From Macrostomum lignano (taxonomy: Eukaryota), in NCBI GenBank assembly GCA_002269645.1, contig NIVC01003437.1, positions 14,709 through 78,708 of the forward strand: a DNA stretch of 64,000 nucleotides, in the 5' to 3' direction. Positions 62,476 through 64,000 of the stretch are shown here, piece by piece. How positions within the stretch are numbered: position 1 is the stretch's first letter; the number at the start of each line of letters is the position of its first letter. The notes under the pieces were generated by a model. That model had not been told where the DNA came from and made no database searches. It saw nothing but the letters and a program-made list of their open reading frames with translations. A program made the translations under genes and the position numbers.

Positions 62476-63239
62476 CACCTGCGTTTTTTCTCCCCATGAG
62501 ATCCCTTACCTCTACATCCGAACCAGCATCCACATCCGAACGCGCGGCCATGGACGCAGCTGAACCAAGCTCCGTATCCATTGGAGTCTGTGGATTTATG
62601 AGTTGGAGCGTGACAAATTGTTGTTGGTACTAAAAATTGATAATGGGCCAAACTTCACCTAATTCTAGAGATAAATTTAAATTGAACTACCAGGTACATA
62701 CCTTTATTTTTGCCTTGTAAGTTGAAATCAAAATTATTAGATCCAGCTCTTTTCAAACAGTTCTGCTTAATGACGTAACTATTTGTTTGTAACTTAATAA
62801 CGTAAATTTGGTAAGCATTCTGGTAAGCTTGAGTTCACCATTCGGCGCCCCAAAGAATAAAGCCGTAGAAGCTTTTAGAGAGTTCGCGCGGGAAAGTAAA
62901 ATGAGCAGACAGAATTGCTGCGGTAAGTCAAGCAAACGTGGCAGGCAGGAGTGCAGTATCCAGTCTACCTGAGTGAGAGCCAGAGATTGCTCATCGGTAC
63001 TGGTGTACCGGGAACAACATTTTGGCTAATCTCCAACCAAAAAACTGATTTTGTAGTGGATTTGGTTCCTTCATAAAGCGTCTGATTTTTCAACTTTTTA
63101 ATTTTGAAAGAAACTTCTGTTGTTTGCAAAGTAAAACAATCGCGCAAATTTGCTTTCAACAATTTTTCACTAAAGTTAAACTATTTTTTTGGCATTTATT
63201 TAGTCAGTGTAAACTGGTAGAGTGGCTTGGCGAAAAAAT

Positions 63240-63985
63240 GAGTCATTGCTTCCCTTGAGATCCCGTTACTCAGGGGCGTAGCCAGGAATTTTGATTGGGG
63301 GGGGGGCGTGAGTTAGGGGGCGCCAGCTTCTTATAGGGGGGCGCCAGTTTCTTATAGAGGGGGGGGCGCCAGTTTCTTTTAGGGGGGGGGGGGGGCGCCA
63401 GTTTCTTTTAGAGGGGGGCGCCAGTTTATTTTAGGGGGGGGGTGCCAGTTTCTTTTAGGGGGGGGGCGCCAGTTTCTTTTAGGGGGGGTGCCAGTTTCTT
63501 TTAGAGGGGGGGGCGCCAGTTTTCTTTAGGGGGGGGGGCGCCAGTTTCTTTTAGGGGGGGGGGCGCCAAGGCCAGAGTTGGTGATTGGGGGGGGGGCCAC
63601 GGCCCCCTTGCCCCCCCTCTGGCTACGCCCCTGCCGTTACTTGAGTCATTGCTCCCCTTGAGATCCAGTTACTTGAGTCATTGCTCCTCTTGAGGTCCCG
63701 TTACTTGAGTCATTGCTCCCCTTGAGATCCAGTTACTTGAGTCATTGCTCCTCTTGAGGTCCCGTTACTTGAGTCTTTGCTCCTCTTGAGATCCCGTTAC
63801 TTGAGTCATTTGCTCCCCTTGAGGTCCCGTTACTTGAGTCATTGCTTCCCTTGAGGTCCCGTTACTTGAATCATTGCTCGCCTTGAGGTCCCGTTACTTG
63901 AGTCTTTGCTCCCCTTGAGATCTCGTTACTTGAGTCCTTGCTCCCCTTGAGATCCCGTTACTTGAGTCTGCTCCGATTGAAAATC
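63240..63985. repeat. 32-bp minisatellite (~12 units) interrupted by a MITE
   Basis: Unit gagtcattgctccccttgagatcccgttactt. Confidence 0.93.
63271..63633. mobile_element. hAT-type MITE with 8-bp TSD
   Basis: TIR CAGGGGCGTAGCCAG / CTGGCTACGCCCCTG; TSD CCGTTACT at 63263-63270 and 63634-63641; interior is a G-rich tandem repeat (gggggcgccagtttcttttag). Confidence 0.92.
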
Positions 63986-64000
63986 CCCTGAGCTTGAAAA

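Noticed and set aside
62087-62633. GRDLKGINVS / LRSLPETFI (LRR-like) repeat ORFs
   Set aside because: Frames of a near-perfect 30-bp minisatellite; the LRR resemblance is superficial and there is no synonymous divergence.

Overview
Repeat-rich animal genomic DNA: GT-AG introns, TTAGGG-type repeats, LINE/SINE/LTR/Helitron/MITE content, no prokaryotic features. The overall character suggests an invertebrate such as a free-living flatworm, but that is inference. Host genes I can model: (i) five copies of a 3-exon secreted PAN/apple + LamG-like gene (three intact-looking, two fragments or pseudogenes) whose exons 1-2 are near-identical while exon 3 falls into two very divergent classes; (ii) an intronless 512-aa protein with alternating 33/28-aa repeats; (iii) a secreted fibrinogen-related (FReD) protein; (iv) a 5'-incomplete SPATA48/SPMIP7-like gene; (v) a TRPM-type channel whose N-terminus is a recently expanded ankyrin array, with one frameshift. 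Mobile DNA: a 5'-truncated RT+RNase H LINE with a 12-bp TSD, a solo LTR with a 4-bp TSD, a Gypsy-like gag-protease remnant, a 3.65-kb non-autonomous Helitron carrying two minisatellites nested in a head-to-tail Helitron-like array, two tRNA-head SINEs, MITEs, a Tc1 fragment and two inverted copies of a ~1.95-kb LTR-like repeat. About 15-23 kb is segmentally duplicated at 35-41 kb. All alignments and gene models were made by eye.
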